Shown here one piece after another: positions 62,590 to 64,000 of a stretch of DNA of 64,000 nucleotides. Below the pieces are notes generated by a model that was not told the DNA's origin, ran no database searches, and saw only the letters and a program-made list of their open reading frames with translations. The translations under genes were made by a program, and so were the position numbers. Numbering within the stretch: position 1 is the first letter of the stretch; every line of letters starts with the position of its first letter. The stretch comes from Lama glama. Taxonomy: Eukaryota. The stretch lies in NCBI GenBank assembly GCA_028534125.1, contig CM052816.1, positions 26,104,001 through 26,168,000 of the forward strand, read 5' to 3'.

Positions 62590-62800
62590 AAAATATAAGT
62601 GTTAGAAGCCTCACTTCTAATCCTGGCTCTAGTGTATTAGTTGTGTGACCTCACTGAGTCTCAGTTTTCATAAAAGTGAAATGAAAAATGATAATATCTA
62701 ACCTGCCTAACTCGAAGAGTTGCTATGAGGATAAAACATTTTATATGTAAAAGCACCGTGAAAACTATAAAGCTTTTATATATAAGTTATTGTTATTTCC
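62590..62800. mobile_element. MIR
   Basis: tgtgtgacctcactgagtctcagttttcat...gttgctatgaggataaaa. Confidence 0.85.
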
Positions 62801-63249
62801 TGTGAAATCTTCCCTAAGGAAGTTGCTTTGCACTTCAGGTAAAGTAATGAAGCGTTACTCAAGCAAGACAAGTCATCTTAACAAATTGGATGCCTTGTTA
62901 ACTTTATATGTCAGAAATAAGGGAGGTGATGGGGTCCTTTGAACACTGCTTCACTGTGAATGCTAAGCAGCAATTATCAGTGCCTACAAGTTGTCTTGAT
63001 CTACCTGACTTGGTGAAAACCCTGGTAATATATTTGGTGGAAATGAGTAGAAATTGTCAGTGAGGTTTACTTAATGGTCCTCAAGCCACAAATATTTATC
63101 GAATATCTACTAGCTCTTTGTTAGGTGCTGAGAGGTGAAGCGGGTTGCCTAAGATGGTACACCCTCTGGCCACAAGTGTAGTCTAATAAAACAGAGAACC
63201 TTAGCACGTATAAGGAAACATGCTTTATATATCTGAGTAGCTGTGATTG

Positions 63250-63855
63250 TAATGTTAACATTTCTAGCACCTGCCCACTTCCCCGGTCTCAAATACTGCT
63301 TGTCCTGTCTCCTATTTTATGCTCTAGCAACTCTCGAACCCCTTATGGCTTCCCCCAAACACCACGGGTATCCCATGTCTTTATTCATGGGATTTCCTCT
63401 ACCTCAATTTCGTTCTCTCTTTCTATTTTCCTTTTGCTTTCCAACTTTTTCCCCTACTCTCTTTTCTCCTGCTAAAACATGTTAATCCTTTAAGACTCAG
63501 CTTTGCCATCAATTTTTGCAGTTCATTCCAGTCTCCTCACCCCCATCAATCTTGTCAAATTAGGTGCTCTTTGTCTCCAATTCTCTAGCGGCACGTGGGA
63601 TAAAATCTAAGTTGTGCTCAGAATGAAATCAGAAGTCTTTGCCTGACTACATGCTCTGATCCTGGCCTCCTGCTGTGCCTCATCTCCCACTTTGCTTCCC
63701 TACAAATACTGGCTTGCTCTATGTTCTCCAGACTCTTCTGCCATGCCAGCCTTCAGTCTTAGGGTCTTTGCATTAGTCCTTTTTTTGCCTAGATACAGTA
63801 TTTGTCTGTCAGTTCAGGTGTTATCTCTTCAAATATTTGTGAAATGATTGATTGC
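63250..63855 (+). mobile_element. L2 fragments
   Basis: atcctttaagactcagcttt; ggataaaatctaag; aaatatttgtgaaatgattgattg. Confidence 0.65.
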
Positions 63856-64000
63856 ATGCCCATGTCCCCCAGGAGCTGACAAGGCTAAAAACAGTTTGTT
63901 GAGATGACCTGAAAAGATGTTAGTCTCTGAAAGTCAGAAGAGAAACTGTAGCCTTCCTTCAGGTGACTATCATCCTGCACAGCTGCATCTTCTCCACAAT

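Overview
AT-rich, CpG-poor mammalian genomic DNA, probably camelid: it has short tRNA-derived vic-1-like SINEs, a Tigger1 MITE and cetartiodactyl-type L1 3' ends, and I saw no ruminant or pig SINEs. I found no protein-coding exon, CpG island or RNA gene, and the ORF-track entries are short or repeat-derived. The upper layer is ordinary mammalian repeats (L1, L2, MIR, MaLR/ERV LTRs, MER5/MER58, Tigger). The notable result is the layer underneath. Most of the apparently unique gaps, translated by eye across stops and frameshifts, give collinear motif series of very old retroelement ORFs: two nested sushi-type Ty3/Gypsy elements, a Penelope-like element, RTE-, RTE-X-, CR1- and I-clade-like LINEs, and further RT/endonuclease fragments. 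About 11 of 13 lie on the + strand, and many are interrupted by MIR, L2 or old L1 copies. These calls rest on manual motif matching and need profile-HMM confirmation. Repeat boundaries and subfamily names are approximate.
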